From Phoronis australis (taxonomy: Eukaryota; Animalia; Phoronida), in assembly GCA_002633005.1 (NCBI GenBank), contig NMRA01000430.1, forward strand, positions 275,521 to 339,520: a DNA stretch of 64,000 bases, read 5' to 3'. A program made the position numbers and the translations under genes. The first letter of the stretch is position 1; every line of letters starts with the position of its first letter. The notes under the pieces were generated by a model, which was not told the DNA's origin, searched no databases, and saw only the letters and a list, made by a program, of their open reading frames with translations. This document shows, in pieces, positions 52,060 through 62,829 of the stretch.

Positions 52060-53995
52060 AATGTATGTATGTATGTATGTATGTATGATATATGTATGTA
52101 TGTATGTATGATGTATGTATGTATGTACGTATGTATGGTGTATGAATGTATGTATGTATGTATGTATGTATGTATGTATGTATCTATCTATCTATCTATC
52201 TATGTATGTATGTATGTATATCTACAGATGTATTGTTATGAATTAAGCATTAAACATTAAACAATTTGTTCATCATGTATTCTGTGGAGCGTTGATATGT
52301 AACACCATTTTTACTAAGGTGTCAGGTTTATTTATTTATTTAAGTATTCATACTATTGAATCCATATGTCAGTCTTTTAACGTATGTCTAATGTATGAAT
52401 AGTTGTCAGTAGTTACCTTCTTATATTTTCTATTGCTTGCTGGCTTTGTAAATGTTGATGTTCCACATAAAAGTTCTTGAGAAAATGAAAGTTGTCGTAA
52501 CGATAAGAAAAACGTGTTTATTTACATGTAACCTAATGGGAACAAGCTGAGTGTCCGTGACAAGTGATCACTTTTAATGACAGACACAGACAGGCAGACT
52601 GACAGGTAGACTGAATGACTGACAGACATACATACAGGCATACGAATAAACAAACAAACTAACAGATAGATATGTACTCTGACACACATTTCTTCAAAAT
52701 ATTTTCTAAAATTCTGAGGTTTAATCCACGAAACCAATCTTTTAAAACTTCCTCGTGCGCAGAGAAACATCTGATATACACGAAATAGTGAACGGACATT
52801 TATTGTCACATGAGCGCATCCCTATTCCTAAAAAATCGTGACTTAACGGAGATTGACGTAACTTCCGCAAACGTGAAACTACACGTATTAACAGCAAAGG
52901 CGAGAGTTAATTTATTAGTTGTGTTTTTCTAGATTGGCTTTATTTGAGCCGTCATGGCAACATTTAGTTATTTGATAATTGTGAAATTCGAACACATAAT
53001 CTATAAAATTAACAAAAGAATAAAAACAAGTAATCACTGGAACCAAAAAAAAAAACAGGAAATATGCTCCACCGTCCTTGACATGAGGTTTATAGACTTT
53101 TATGACGGTTCTGTTCTGGGAGAGTTTATCTCACGTACTCAAGTTTCTTGGCACCGTTACCTACTATGAGTTTCGCAATCCGACCTGATGCGAGCTGTCG
53201 TCTATTGTTTTGACAGCACCAATTCTTGTGTTTTCAAGACTATTGACCCCGTGTCATGTTCTCGCGAGACTGATTCCCTCGCATGCGATTCCCTCGGCGC
53301 TATTGTCAATAAAAGACCTAATAACTTTAGACGGAGGATTGATCTAGGGGAAACAATTCACATTTCCCTAAGGAGCAGAGGAAATCTCTGGCAACAGAAA
53401 ATGGACATGACGCATATATAGTGAAACAGATGAATCGCCTCATATGGAGTAAGTGGTGGAAAGGGAGTTTTCAGCATTTCAAGTTATTAGTTAATGAATT
53501 TGGCCTGTTCTGTTTCAGCAAGAATTGATTATTTTCGAGAAATCACTGTCGCCGTTCCTCCCTTTCGCAACTACGTCTGTTGTCGAAAAATTGTTAGTGT
53601 AGGCCTACAGCTGGAGATCCAGAAGCAATTTTCATATTCAATTGCCAATAATTTTAAAACCTGCTAATCAGAGACATTCATTACTACCACTGACAGGGAT
53701 CTGAACATTGCATGGAGAAGAGAGATGAATAAAAGCAAGATGAGCGAGATTTAGTGAACACCATTCTCAAATCTCTTGTTTTGGGCCTGATGGAGTGTTA
53801 ACGAGGAACTCCATTGATTCCACATTCGGGTTTATGCAGCGCACTGGTCTGATAACTACTTAAAACAAAATTACTAACAGCTGTAAGCGGCTTTGAGAAA
53901 AGAATGAAGGTCTCACCTGCAAAGAATATCACAGCTATGTGGCAAACCAAAGCAGAGCGTATCATCTCATTCCACCATAAAAGCATGACTCTCAT
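23949..53995 (-). CDS. 15-exon gene for a ~645-aa secreted, probably GPI-anchored Cys-rich protein: two related modules (DUF7042/7043-like by motif) separated by an ShKT domain
   Basis: Exons (minus strand): 53917-53995, 42634-42895, 40207-40337, 38435-38517, 37755-37863, 37362-37456, 36308-36440, 35774-35890, 34583-34787, 33985-34049, 32797-32904, 31661-31852, 30782-30867, 29810-29951, 23949-24079. All introns are GT-AG and the phases chain into one open frame of 1938 nt. The family label is from remembered motifs only. Confidence 0.82.
24397..26089. mobile_element. Kolobok-type DNA transposon derivative with THAP-domain remnant
   Basis: TTAA at 24393-24396 and 26090-26093; termini AGGAGCATGCCACCC...GGGTGGCATTCTCCT; same family as 1603-2677. 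Confidence 0.82.
25664..25924 (-). pseudogene. Degenerate THAP zinc-finger, transposase N-terminus
   Basis: MPLCHGC...FFLLP...RKWLMVV...EVVKHL resembles the THAP pattern C-x-C...F-P...W...CxxHF, with the last motif decayed. Confidence 0.55.
26175..28885 (+). mobile_element. Decayed Academ (AcademX-type) DNA transposon
   Basis: Long imperfect TIRs (~26175-26620 vs ~28450-28885) ending ...CCTGACTA, with a 3-bp TAA TSD. Internal frameshifted fragments match the XPG-like nuclease and Cys-rich C-terminus of AcademX: NDHEKAG (HEEAD-like, ~27465), SPDMDL, ALPTFHAFTWTD (HAFTGCD-like), ALKQHMLR..QARVW, CQCK...RCSC. Confidence 0.78.
29046..29475. mobile_element. Non-autonomous AcademH-type MITE
   Basis: TIRs CAGCCTCGTTCCCAAGCCTCAAGATGGC / GCCATCTTGACGCTTGTGGACGAGGCTA; perfect 9-bp TSD CGTTGATCC (29037-29045, 29476-29484); subterminal hairpin at the right end. 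Confidence 0.78.
29810..29951 (-). CDS. Exon 14 (VMTSYDKTGRWFEGRVMHKMATVQC...FYLYD)
   Basis: GACTAG acceptor, GTAGGT donor (an alternative in-phase GTGAGA donor lies 27 nt earlier), phase 0->1. Confidence 0.72.
30782..30867 (-). CDS. Exon 13 (HMCLAVIEEEYVTLLLTQRRLREEYNCW)
   Basis: TTTACAG acceptor, GTAAGT donor, phase 1->0. Confidence 0.85.
31661..31852 (-). CDS. Exon 12 (QSEPSQPVPCRL...CKGNVTDW...CDIDTT)
   Basis: GGTTACAG acceptor, GTAATA donor, phase 1->1. Confidence 0.85.
32220..32375. mobile_element. Harbinger-type MITE, ~150 bp (family copy 1)
   Basis: CWG flanks; TIR GGCTCAGTTGCATAAA...TTTATGCAACTCAGCC; homologous to 59096-59243 and 61898-62053. Confidence 0.75.
32797..32904 (-). CDS. 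Exon 11 (ASYDRDVDIYKLCRF...HYKHLV)
   Basis: TTTGTTACAG acceptor, GTAAGT donor, phase 1->1. Confidence 0.8.
33368..33530 (+). mobile_element. Degenerate tRNA-derived SINE
   Basis: A-box-like TGACTCTCAGTGG and B-box-like GGTTAGAATCC at tRNA spacing, followed by a GTAAATGAGAACCTGG core-like motif. Confidence 0.35.
33985..34049 (-). CDS. Exon 10 (RPRYTCMDFQIINANVLRYRR)
   Basis: CTTTCAG acceptor, GTAAGG donor, phase 2->1. Confidence 0.85.
34583..34787 (-). CDS. Exon 9 (PTVDIATPKCQLPDTYRKTW...SKYDNG)
   Basis: TTTTTAG acceptor, GTAAGT donor, phase 1->2. Confidence 0.85.
35327..35746. mobile_element. Harbinger-type MITE, ~420 bp
   Basis: ~45-bp TIRs GCCGGGTTGCATGAAACAGTCCCAAATAAGGGCTCAACTAAGT / ACTTAGTTGAGTCCCTATTTGGGACTTTTTCGTGCAACCGGCC. 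Confidence 0.7.
35774..35890 (-). CDS. Exon 8, ShKT domain (CFDEPGFANSCDTLPPDIRCGPNKKDDCRLACGLC)
   Basis: Six-Cys pattern CxD...C...C...CxxxCGxC; symmetric phase 1-1 exon; GTAAGT donor. Confidence 0.85.
36308..36440 (-). CDS. Exon 7 (RFPERMETDF...LRMSRA)
   Basis: TTTACAG acceptor, GTGAAG donor, phase 0->1. Confidence 0.8.
37362..37456 (-). CDS. Exon 6 (ETLTCFASWREGDFIFILL...QYTM)
   Basis: CTAACAG acceptor, GTCAGT donor, phase 1->0. Confidence 0.85.
37755..37863 (-). CDS. Exon 5 (KVCSGRKLFWLESECTKGEG...PFGQDR)
   Basis: TTTTTCAG acceptor, GTAAGA donor, phase 0->1. Confidence 0.85.
38435..38517 (-). CDS. Exon 4 (SQKKEWMFCPLSGGYRFQVYDPTRNGE)
   Basis: TTTCTCTACAG acceptor, GTGAGG donor, phase 1->0. 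Confidence 0.85.
39742..40053. mobile_element. TTAA-flanked (Kolobok-type) MITE
   Basis: TTAA|AGCTACATTTCGCCCTGTTTAG...CTAAACAGGGCGAAATGCACCT|TTAA; a related decayed right end lies near 37155-37187. Confidence 0.75.
40207..40337 (-). CDS. Exon 3 (PVLYFCIKFVDRGNVVQ...LCDTLEVDEWPWL)
   Basis: TTTTGTATTCCAG acceptor, GTAGGT donor, phase 2->1. Confidence 0.85.
42634..42895 (-). CDS. Exon 2 (VVQSECEFPDFVQS...QHFQEN)
   Basis: CTTCCTGTAG acceptor, GTGAGT donor, phase 1->2. Confidence 0.85.
42968..43228. mobile_element. hAT-like MITE
   Basis: TIRs CATGGGCGCACCCAG / CTGGGTGCGCGCATG; internal AAAAG(G)TCC repeats; no clean TSD. Confidence 0.55.
43901..44355. mobile_element. Foldback/MITE with ~200-bp inverted arms made of ACGGACTCA-type subrepeats (duplicate at 47741-48195)
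   Basis: TCAAGGTGCCTAAACTACACGG...CGTGTAGTTTAGGTACCTTGA; arms are complementary up to CCGCCAAACACGG / CCGTGTTTGGCGG. Confidence 0.75.
46554..47159. mobile_element. Left part of a TTAA-inserted (Kolobok-like) element, cut by the N
   Basis: TTAA|AGGCGAAGGCAACCC begins exactly where homology to copy 2 ends; copy 2 has an empty TTAA at 50394-50397. Confidence 0.55.
50804..51182. repeat. Near-perfect ~180-bp-arm inverted repeat centred on a tRNA-like A/B-box sequence
   Basis: Arms 50804-50985 and 51003-51182 with a 17-nt loop; the minus strand reads TGGTGCAGTGGTAAAGC...GTGAGTTCGAGTC. Confidence 0.85.
51996..52221. repeat. Compound microsatellite (TA)n(TATG)n(TATC)n
   Basis: Directly visible. 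Confidence 0.97.
53917..53995 (-). CDS. Exon 1, signal peptide MRVMLLWWNEMIRSALVCHIAVIFFA
   Basis: ATG at 53995, hydrophobic stretch, G|GTGAGA donor in phase 1 matching exon 2. Confidence 0.7.
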
Positions 53996-56237
53996 GTTAC
54001 CAGAAATGTCTTCCTCTCGATATCAACAATGAGAAAGCTCTTGAACACTACCCGCTCGCTGCGTTTTGTCAATCACTCCGCTCTCGGCAGCGAATCGCAC
54101 TGAATAAAATGCAGTGATTCATGTGAACTGAAAGGCAATAAACGCCGACTGGCAGCTTCCCTTCGCTGTGACGTATTGAAATCATTAATATATGAGACTT
54201 AACACAAATGAATTAGTGCTATGCTCAAATATTGAATTCGCTGATCAGGAAGCCATGCAAAAATGAACTGCTGGCTTACTAAGTTTTCCATTAATTGTGA
54301 CCAGGTGGCGTTGGAGTTTTGGCTAGTTGCATAATAATAAATTAACGAATGTTATTAGGCACTCTGAACTCATACCACCACGTAAGCAGTTCAGATTTAT
54401 GCACACATTTCCCCCAATACAGACAGATCAGCCGCTAACATAAAACATTACGTTACCATGGTTACCGCAGATGCGCGCGGCTAATGAAGTTAACATTATG
54501 TCTGATTTGTGGAAATGAACCACAGAAATCTTTCCATAATAGTCGGGAAAAAACTTTGGCGTTGGCAAACGCAGACTTTAAAGGTGCAACGCTGTTACGC
54601 TAATGAAAAAACAAGAGAGAAGGCATCAATGTTTTGCTGATCAAAGCAAATCGATATGACTGAATGAAATAAGAAATTGCAGATCTTGAAGATATTACGT
54701 ACTTTTACTGCATGTTTCGGATTTTTGGAATAACCACTTAATCACTTTATACGTTTCGAATACATTCGCCCCTAAATAACTTTCGACAAGCAAGTTTATT
54801 GTCTTTGAATGGCAATAAAGATAAAATACCAATGCGATGTGTGGTGCCTATGTTTAAGTGTGTATGCATCCAAAGAGTGTACGGTTGTCATAAAAAATAC
54901 AACTCGCAGACAGAGGCATAACCGCTCCACTTGTAGACTGCGCTACAACGTGTTGTCGTCAGAGGCGGTACTTAGCAAGTTAAGTTAATGCCTGGCACCA
55001 CGGAACCTCAGTGATGCAACACTGGGACAACCAGTAATATTCGAATACATGTAAAACTTAGTTCAAGAAAAAAAGCAAAGTTGATTCTAGTCTTTACCTC
55101 GACTCATTTTGAGACCTGTGCTCACCGGCGAAAAAACAATGTCCGCATCAATTTCCCCCGGGTCTCGTTCTTTGTTTTTGAAAAGCTGCACAAAGGCACG
55201 TAAGCAATGGTAAGCAAGGTTTACTAAAAATAAAAACAAACCCTGCATTATTTTTCTCGTCTCAAGTAGATTTTCTGCTTTGAACAACTGAGCAACAAAT
55301 AAATACTGAACCACCAAGTCGATTTGAAAAACACAGATCAAAACCAACTATGCTTTTTTGGCCTTACCTTCAGTGTATGAAACTATAACGTCAAAAGGGA
55401 GGTCAACCACAGATTTTAAAGAGACGTGTTCATGCAACACCTAAGAAACGGCATGCCTGCGTCGTTTATTGCTTCTCACGGTCCAGAGAGGTTGGTACGG
55501 AACCCTTACCTTTGCCCCGCCTCGAAATCCGCGTGTGGACGTAATCTACTAGCTTTCCTTTGGCGTGCAGCAATAAATACTAATTGCAGTCCATGTGAAG
55601 CATTACTTTCCCTATATGACGGCTATCCCAATTCATATTAGGTCCCTCTTTCTACAAAATGCACGGTATTGTCCGTCTACTTGTTCATAAACACTCACTT
55701 AAATTCGCAGCATGTGTCGCGGTTTTTCATTTCAGTAATTCGTTGCATTTTACGGGTACATTTGACTATATCGCTTGAATTCGCGGTAACTCATTTTTCG
55801 AATTCATTAATTGATTGGAAACAAACATTTAACGGGAACATGTGCATCAAATAAATAAGTTCAGAGATAAAATCTTTTTTCACATTTTACAGGTTCACAC
55901 GTTCCTTGATTCGCCTAATGGTATGAATTTATTTGTTTCACTGATTTATGGAGTTTAGTTGCACGCCGCATTTTACAGATTTATTACTTGGTCGACGCAT
56001 ATTATAGTTTCATTAATTTGTTGCATTTTAGCGTTCATACATTGATTGCATTTTACAAATCAAATCATTCTACAAGTAAACTCTATACCAGATTAGCAAA
56101 TTTTCCGAAAACTTTTACTTTCTACATTATCTCTATTTTTCGCATTCATGGGTGCACTTCCTTTCTAAATATAACTGAAACAAAAAATACTACTTGATTC
56201 ACTTCCACATGTTCTCAATGAAGACAAGTATGTCGCT

Positions 56238-56480
56238 GTGTTTATAAATAAAACAAGATATCTAAGTTCTGGCATGTTTCGATGTACTCACACATCTTCT
56301 TGAGGAAAAGGATTTTGTCATTGATCTTGTTAATACGCAGCTGCGCACTTGGCTTACTGGTGTACAATGTACACAGTTTGGGCCTTGCTCATTAGGTGGC
56401 CAATGTATTCCTGATGATGATGTGTGTGGGTACATCGAAGTATGCCCGAACTTAAATATGCTCTTTTATTCATAAACATA
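56238..56480. repeat. Inverted repeat with hammerhead-like cores (Penelope-like pLTR remnant)
   Basis: Plus strand CTGATGA-TGATGT..ACATC-GAAG (56411-56440); minus strand CTCAAGA-AGATGT..ACATC-GAAACATG. Confidence 0.55.
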
Positions 56481-56946
56481 TCTGATTATCTCTAATGAAC
56501 TGGTCTTAAATTTTCCCTTGCCAAAAAGCAATTGGTTTTTATTATCGAAAGGAAATGAAATTCACTTCCTATAGTGGTATGCGAAAGTTCGAGGGGCATT
56601 TTTAATGTGGAATAAGCTGGGTTGTAATACTGAATGAAAAAAAATGTTCCTTCAGAAATTCGATGTATTTTTGAGATTTGTTATTTTGTCGCATTTTATT
56701 AATTCACTGCTTCCTCGTAACTACATGTACGAAACAGACTCACCCGCTGAATGGCAGTAAAGAGCATTGTGTGCTGCACTGACAGGCGAAATGATTTTTT
56801 AAGATTGCTGGACTACAAATAGTCGCTATCAGTTTCTAATAACTGAACATTTCATAACTACATATTATGCGTCGTTTTGTGGTGCTTATTTGCAATTGGT
56901 ATTTTGAGAAAAAAGTTTGTTTCGTTAGCACTTAATGAAATCAATC

Positions 56947-57021
56947 TCACGGGTACTACACCACAACATAACCCCGACTCACAGGGTACTACGTCACCAC
57001 AACATAACCCTCGACTCACAG
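56947..57021. repeat. Two-copy ~35-bp tandem repeat
   Basis: CTCAC(A)GGGTACTAC..CACCACAACATAACCC(T)CGA repeated twice. Confidence 0.8.
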
Positions 57022-59095
57022 CTCTGTGTGACAAAGTAGTGTAACTGAGGAACTGTAATGCCTGCTAGCCAAAAGGGTACGAAAGAGTACATTTTCATTC
57101 CCTACCAAAGGGTCACTGTAGGAGTCCAAGAATCTTCAAAATGGGGTTCCTTAAATCTAGTACGTAAATCTTCAGAAGGAACAACAATTTTCGCATTTTA
57201 ACGTGTTTTCGAATGTGATTTAAAAAAGAACTGTCCAAGTTGCCACATTCTAAACATTGTAGTATAAAATTGAAATCTCAGCCTACAAAATGACTTCAAT
57301 TCTGCCCCTGGAGATTGCAAATTGGTGGCAGCCTGTTGTGCTTCAGTGATCCATAGAATACAACGACAAGAGGTCAATCTCGGGTGGCAATTCTTCGAAA
57401 CATCTGCCGCTTACTAACCCTCCACTTTGCACTACAAGATCCACAGAGAAGGCCCCGTGAAACATGATCTACCTTTATATCCCTCTTTCGGACATTTGAG
57501 ATAATTTGATTCACCTTTTGTATCATATTTTTATTGTTGGTCTTATTGTATTAGTCTTTTCTGTGTTAGTATAAGTCCATTTGGAGTATAGCCCAACTAT
57601 ACGGATACACGGTACAGATTTCAAGTGGCGTGACTTGTTTTTTTTTTCAAAATTAAATGAAATGCATAGTTCCGACAAACGCCATTAGGGCACCTCACCA
57701 TATTTATCGTTGCAAAGCAAACAATATGGAAGACCCCTGTATGCAGTAATAAACAATTTCCAATGACATTTCACTGAAACTATCATTAGCACTGCACCAC
57801 ACAATCACAAAGGGCCCGGTTTAAGAAAATTAACTGTTTCGCACACTGGTGTATCCACGATTTCAAGTCACATAGACCTTGTGAAAGAAAAAGACAAGGC
57901 TGATGCAACGTTGTTTTGTGGTTTAGGCGATGATTACAAATCACTGAAAGCAGACTGACTGGTAAGAATCTTAAAGCAAGATTCTCCGAGAGCGGCAACA
58001 CTCGTTGTACACTAATGGTGTACTGGTTTTATTTCTCTATCCCATAGTTGATATACAGATACATATGTGTGGGTAAAAACGCAATTATATATTTTTCTTT
58101 CTCTTCTTTACTGACACTTCACTCTGACTCGAAGTCGAGTATTCCGGAGTTTCATTCCCTTGCATGCATTCATTCATTCACTAGTGAGACCGAGCTCCGA
58201 GGAGTAGGAGAATCTTTTCTGCAGTGCTCGATTGTCTTCCAGTAAAGCCAGCATTCTCGCAAACGGGACTCTGGAGTTCGAACCACTGAGCCATGCTGTC
58301 CCATCATTATTCAAAATTGTACAGGTAGTAACAGGACACAGTTTAACACTAATGGACGATCAGAAGAAATTCACAGTTCTGTTTCTGACATATACGGTAT
58401 TGGTCATCTCTGACAGATGCTCTGTGAATGACTGCGTCGTCCAGTTTACTGCAGAGATAAACAACCAAGCATGAACACATCTGTAATTTGATGGTAAAGT
58501 AAAATGATACTACCACTGCCACTGCCAATGACACTGATAACGGTCAAAATTAGTATCCTTAATTAGTAAATATACATCATGGACTTCATGGGACATCTGA
58601 CATAATTTGTTTGTTTTATGATTTGTTCGCGCTCGTTCCAACTATGTACAAAGCAATCTCGAAATTCACCAAATGTAAAAATGCGTTTCCAAAAAGGAAA
58701 CAGGGTTTATGTGTATCGGACACTAGTCTTTTTTATTATTTCCTCAAAACATAAAATCAGCTAGCAGCTGCACATTTACACTGCAAGAAAGAAGACCGCT
58801 CGTTGAACTCTTCTGCGATAATTACATTACCGTAAAAAGCAACTGATTTGATATGCACAGCTGTGAGTTTGTAAGATTGGATTACCGCTCCACCGTCGTC
58901 AAAAATAATTACTTTCCTTTTCAATTTCCAAAATAATAAGTTGTAGTGAAGCGCATTACGATGTGAAACTAAATGTAAACCATCAAAAGTTCTTACAGAA
59001 GGTTATCCACCGAATTACTCCGCAGTCGGAGGTACATCAGAATCTTACGCAATTTACCAAATGAATTAAATGTGTTGAACGTATTGAATGCCCCC

Positions 59096-59243
59096 CAGGG
59101 CCTAGTTGCATGAAAGTTTTACGCTGCATAGCATCAATGACGGCGCATTATCACGCGACGTTGCCTGTTGTTGAACAATACACCTGCCGTCACGCAACAA
59201 TCAAACGTATCCAGCGGTTTTAGTTTTATGTAACCCAGCCCTG
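59096..59243. mobile_element. Harbinger-type MITE (family copy 2)
   Basis: Homologous to 32220-32375; CAG/CTG flanks. Confidence 0.7.
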
Positions 59244-61897
59244 CTTCACAACATCATATCTGCTTTTCCTATTGTCATTTGTACATCCTTTAAATTTCAT
59301 GTTAACTTCTTTGGGAAATGATCACAAGGCATCAAAAGTTTTAACTACCGGTACTAATCCGCTACACGGTTTATAAGCCTGCGTTCTGTTGTACGAAACT
59401 AAATTTTGATTCAGACCATTTCTCACTTTAAAATTGGTTCCAACTTGTTCTTTAATCATATGAGAAGTAAATTTGGTCTTGCGGAGAACCGATTATTCGT
59501 AACTCCCCGAGACCATGATCAATGAATAAAATGACCCGCCCTGACAAGCCAACTTGTAGAGCCTCGGTCTCAAGCAATAACAAATTGCCAATTCTTGCAA
59601 AGCCCAGAAATCAAATCTGTTTTGACGAAGGAACAATTGGAGACCTAATTCATAAGTGCAAGTGGTCTAAAACAAAAATGTGTTTGTGTTAAAGATAATT
59701 GGTATTGAGACACTTTAAATTTGTGCACGTTGTTTAACATTGACGCGACTTTTTTCAGCGTATATGTGACTACCAATATTTCATTGAGAACATGTTCAAT
59801 AAGATTGCTAATTCGTGCGGAAAGGAAACACGTTCGCGTAATCCATTTAGTGCTCCGCACTTTGGAAATATTTGCGTCGCATGTATTGGTGGCTAAAAAT
59901 ATATTAATTACAACTATTTTTGATTTCCCTTTTCAATTGTAGTTTTGGATACGAGAACTAACCAAACTCATAAATTCGACAAAAGGTAGAATAATGTATT
60001 TTCCTCGTTAGAAAAGCGCACGATTTGTAAAAAACGCAGAGATATTCTCTGCACATCGCAGAATTCCCCCCCCCCCCCCNCGTTATTTAGCTTTTCTTTT
60101 TTGACTTGGCAACAAGAACAAGCAAACACAATCAAACATTTTTTTATTTTCTCAAACAAGACGGTCTTATCTGGTTTTTGTGTTAACAAAAAATCGTCAA
60201 CAAAATGGCGCAGCGAACATTTTCTGGATTAACTCTTTTATTGTACAATGTATTTTTCAAGAAACAATAACAATAATAGTTCTTACGCCAAATTTTACAT
60301 AGCGCTTCAAATTCCTAAGCTTTTTAACATTATTACCGAGCGATGGACCTGATCAATCCTTCGCAACTCCACCGGCCTGAACATACAATGCGTGCAAACG
60401 TGGGCGCACGATCAATCAAGACATACGTATTATAAGTTTCAAGGACTAAAATGCCCCAATGGTTACTTGAAATGGAAAAACATCAAAGACAATTATTTTT
60501 GACAATGTGATGTAACTATTTCTGTTCCTATTTGCGGGTCTAATTGACTCTAATTCGCGTTATATTTCCGGCGGGACGAGAGGGCGCCTTTTCCGATTAA
60601 GTTTCCTACGCCTTGGGTTAATTTCATGGGTAAGTAAATGTACAACTGTAACTGGTGTGTTGGACCACAGCCTATTGCAACTGTATAAACTGTTATTCAA
60701 AAAGTCTCTGTTTGTGCTGACCTTCCTTGCGAAGCATGAACTGTTTGGATTTTTCGTTGCGACAATTTTGTGGTGTGTGAGGTTGCACAAACTGTCGTTA
60801 ACTTCGAATTGCGACGTTTGTGCAATTATGACACTTTATAGACAACGAGGGACCTAAATATGAAAGGATACATGTGTACAGCATTGGAAATATGAATTAA
60901 ACGGCAATTAGTCGATGCTATTATCACAGAGCCTCGTTCAGTCATCGGGGTCCCATGAATATGAAATGATACATTGATGTTACATTTCGCACAGTTTATT
61001 TGGCTAGAAATGGCCATCACATTAGGCCTTTTACTTTTATAGAACTGCTCCCACCGTGATAGGGTCCCATTTCAGTCACCAACTCTGAAGTCATGCACAC
61101 ACAATGCGCACATGAGTCATGTTTGAATTCGCAACACTCATGTTGGCAACCCCCAATAAACTCTGAAGCGTTTTCACAAGTGAACTGTTCCAAATACTCT
61201 TACATGCCGGTCGCCACTTGCGTTTCGTCCACGCGCCTAGAAGCCTCCCATCCCACGTCCCCGCTTCCCTGTCCTATCGAGATTATGACCGTGACGTGGC
61301 ACAATGAGCCTACGCACAAGAGTTGGCGATATATCTTCATCGACCTTTCCTGTGGAAGTCTCCTATGGTTTCCAAGCGCCTCAGTGGGCTCACTAAGAGG
61401 CGAATTCAAGAACAGAAAATGTTCAGAAGTATTGACAAAAGAACACGAACACAAGACGCTTTAACATCGCATTTCACGTTACCCAGGAACACATTGTACC
61501 ACCGGCAATAGTTCTCGCGGGTCCTGAGCCGCTCACTACTCTGCACTTCGTCAGTTATGACATCACGAGACAGGCACGGTTCGGACGGATAATGACTTTG
61601 GTGTCTATGATGGACGTGTATCTGAAGCCAGTGGTAACACAGAAAATGATGGAAGTGGACGCCATGGTATTGGTGACAAGGACGAATGTGTACTTGACGG
61701 CACTGGTGACAATGATGCGCGTCTACCTGATGGTAGTGGTGACACTGATATGGTGACAATGGTGGACGTGTATCTGGTGGTAGTGGTAACACCAGCCTAC
61801 CCCTGTATACATATATATTGTTCCTATATCAAAAAACTGTATCAGATAATTGAAATAAATATACTGAACAGTGTTTGACTGTTTTCAAATTGAAAAC

Positions 61898-62053
61898 CTG
61901 GGTCTAGTTGCATAAAAGTGATACGTCGTATAGCAACAATGACGTCGCATTATCGTGCATCACGTTGTTATTGTTGAACAATGCACCCGACGTCACGTAA
62001 CAATCAAACTTATCCAGCGGATAACTTTTGAAGCTTTAGGCAACTCGGCCCTG
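61898..62053. mobile_element. Harbinger-type MITE (family copy 3)
   Basis: Homologous to 32220-32375; CTG/CTG TSD. Confidence 0.75.
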
Positions 62054-62669
62054 AAATATAGATTTTGCTTGGCAGCATGTCGTGAACATTGCAGCTAGAC
62101 CAGGACTACTTTATCCACATTCTTTCAGGCATAGCTTCTATTGTCAGTGATGCAGTTCATTAGCTTAAACACAATGCTGGAAATTCCTTTCCAATGAATA
62201 TCTCGTGGCTTTGGGTATTTTTGTTTACAAAATCGCTATTACTTGACCAACTTTAAAAATTCAAGAACCCACATAGCCCAACTTTTACAGTCCTATACAG
62301 ATTTTATAGTTTCAATTAGTTTTCATGTCTCAAAAAAGAAAATGGAAAAATAAAGCCTGGATGTTTTCAAGCCTTCTATTTAGATAATCACTACCTGATA
62401 AGAAACAGCAATTACCCTCACTATCAGAATAGAGACACTATTAATAACTATCTCCCTATTGTGAATGGAATGTGGATAGAACTGGTCCATCTGACCACCT
62501 GGCATCCGAGAAATTCATAAGATTTCACCAAACTGATCCTCATCTTGTTTAAAAGGGATATTTACAGTATTAGGACCACTAAATTTCAGTAACTTGAGTA
62601 AAAAGTATAATTGTTGACAAAATAAGGAAAGTTTGCATTCCATGTTAATTAAAATTTATGGGTGAAAAC

Positions 62670-62829
62670 GGATAATTGCCGGACAAATTAAAAAAGTTCA
62701 CATTGATTCAACGTTTCGTCTATTCATTAGACATCATCAAGTTATAAACAATAAGACATCTGATGATGTCTAATGAATAGACGAAATGTTGAATCGATAT
62801 GATTTTTTTCATTTGTGCAGCGATTATCC
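62670..62829. repeat. Inverted repeat with hammerhead-like cores (Penelope-like pLTR remnant)
   Basis: Plus strand CTGATGA-TGTCTA-ATGAA-TAGAC-GAAA (62760-62786); minus strand TTGATGA-TGTCTA-ATGAA-TAGAC-GAAACGTT. Confidence 0.65.

Noticed and set aside
52033-52260. MYVC-repeat ORF
   Set aside because: Translation of the (TATG)n microsatellite.
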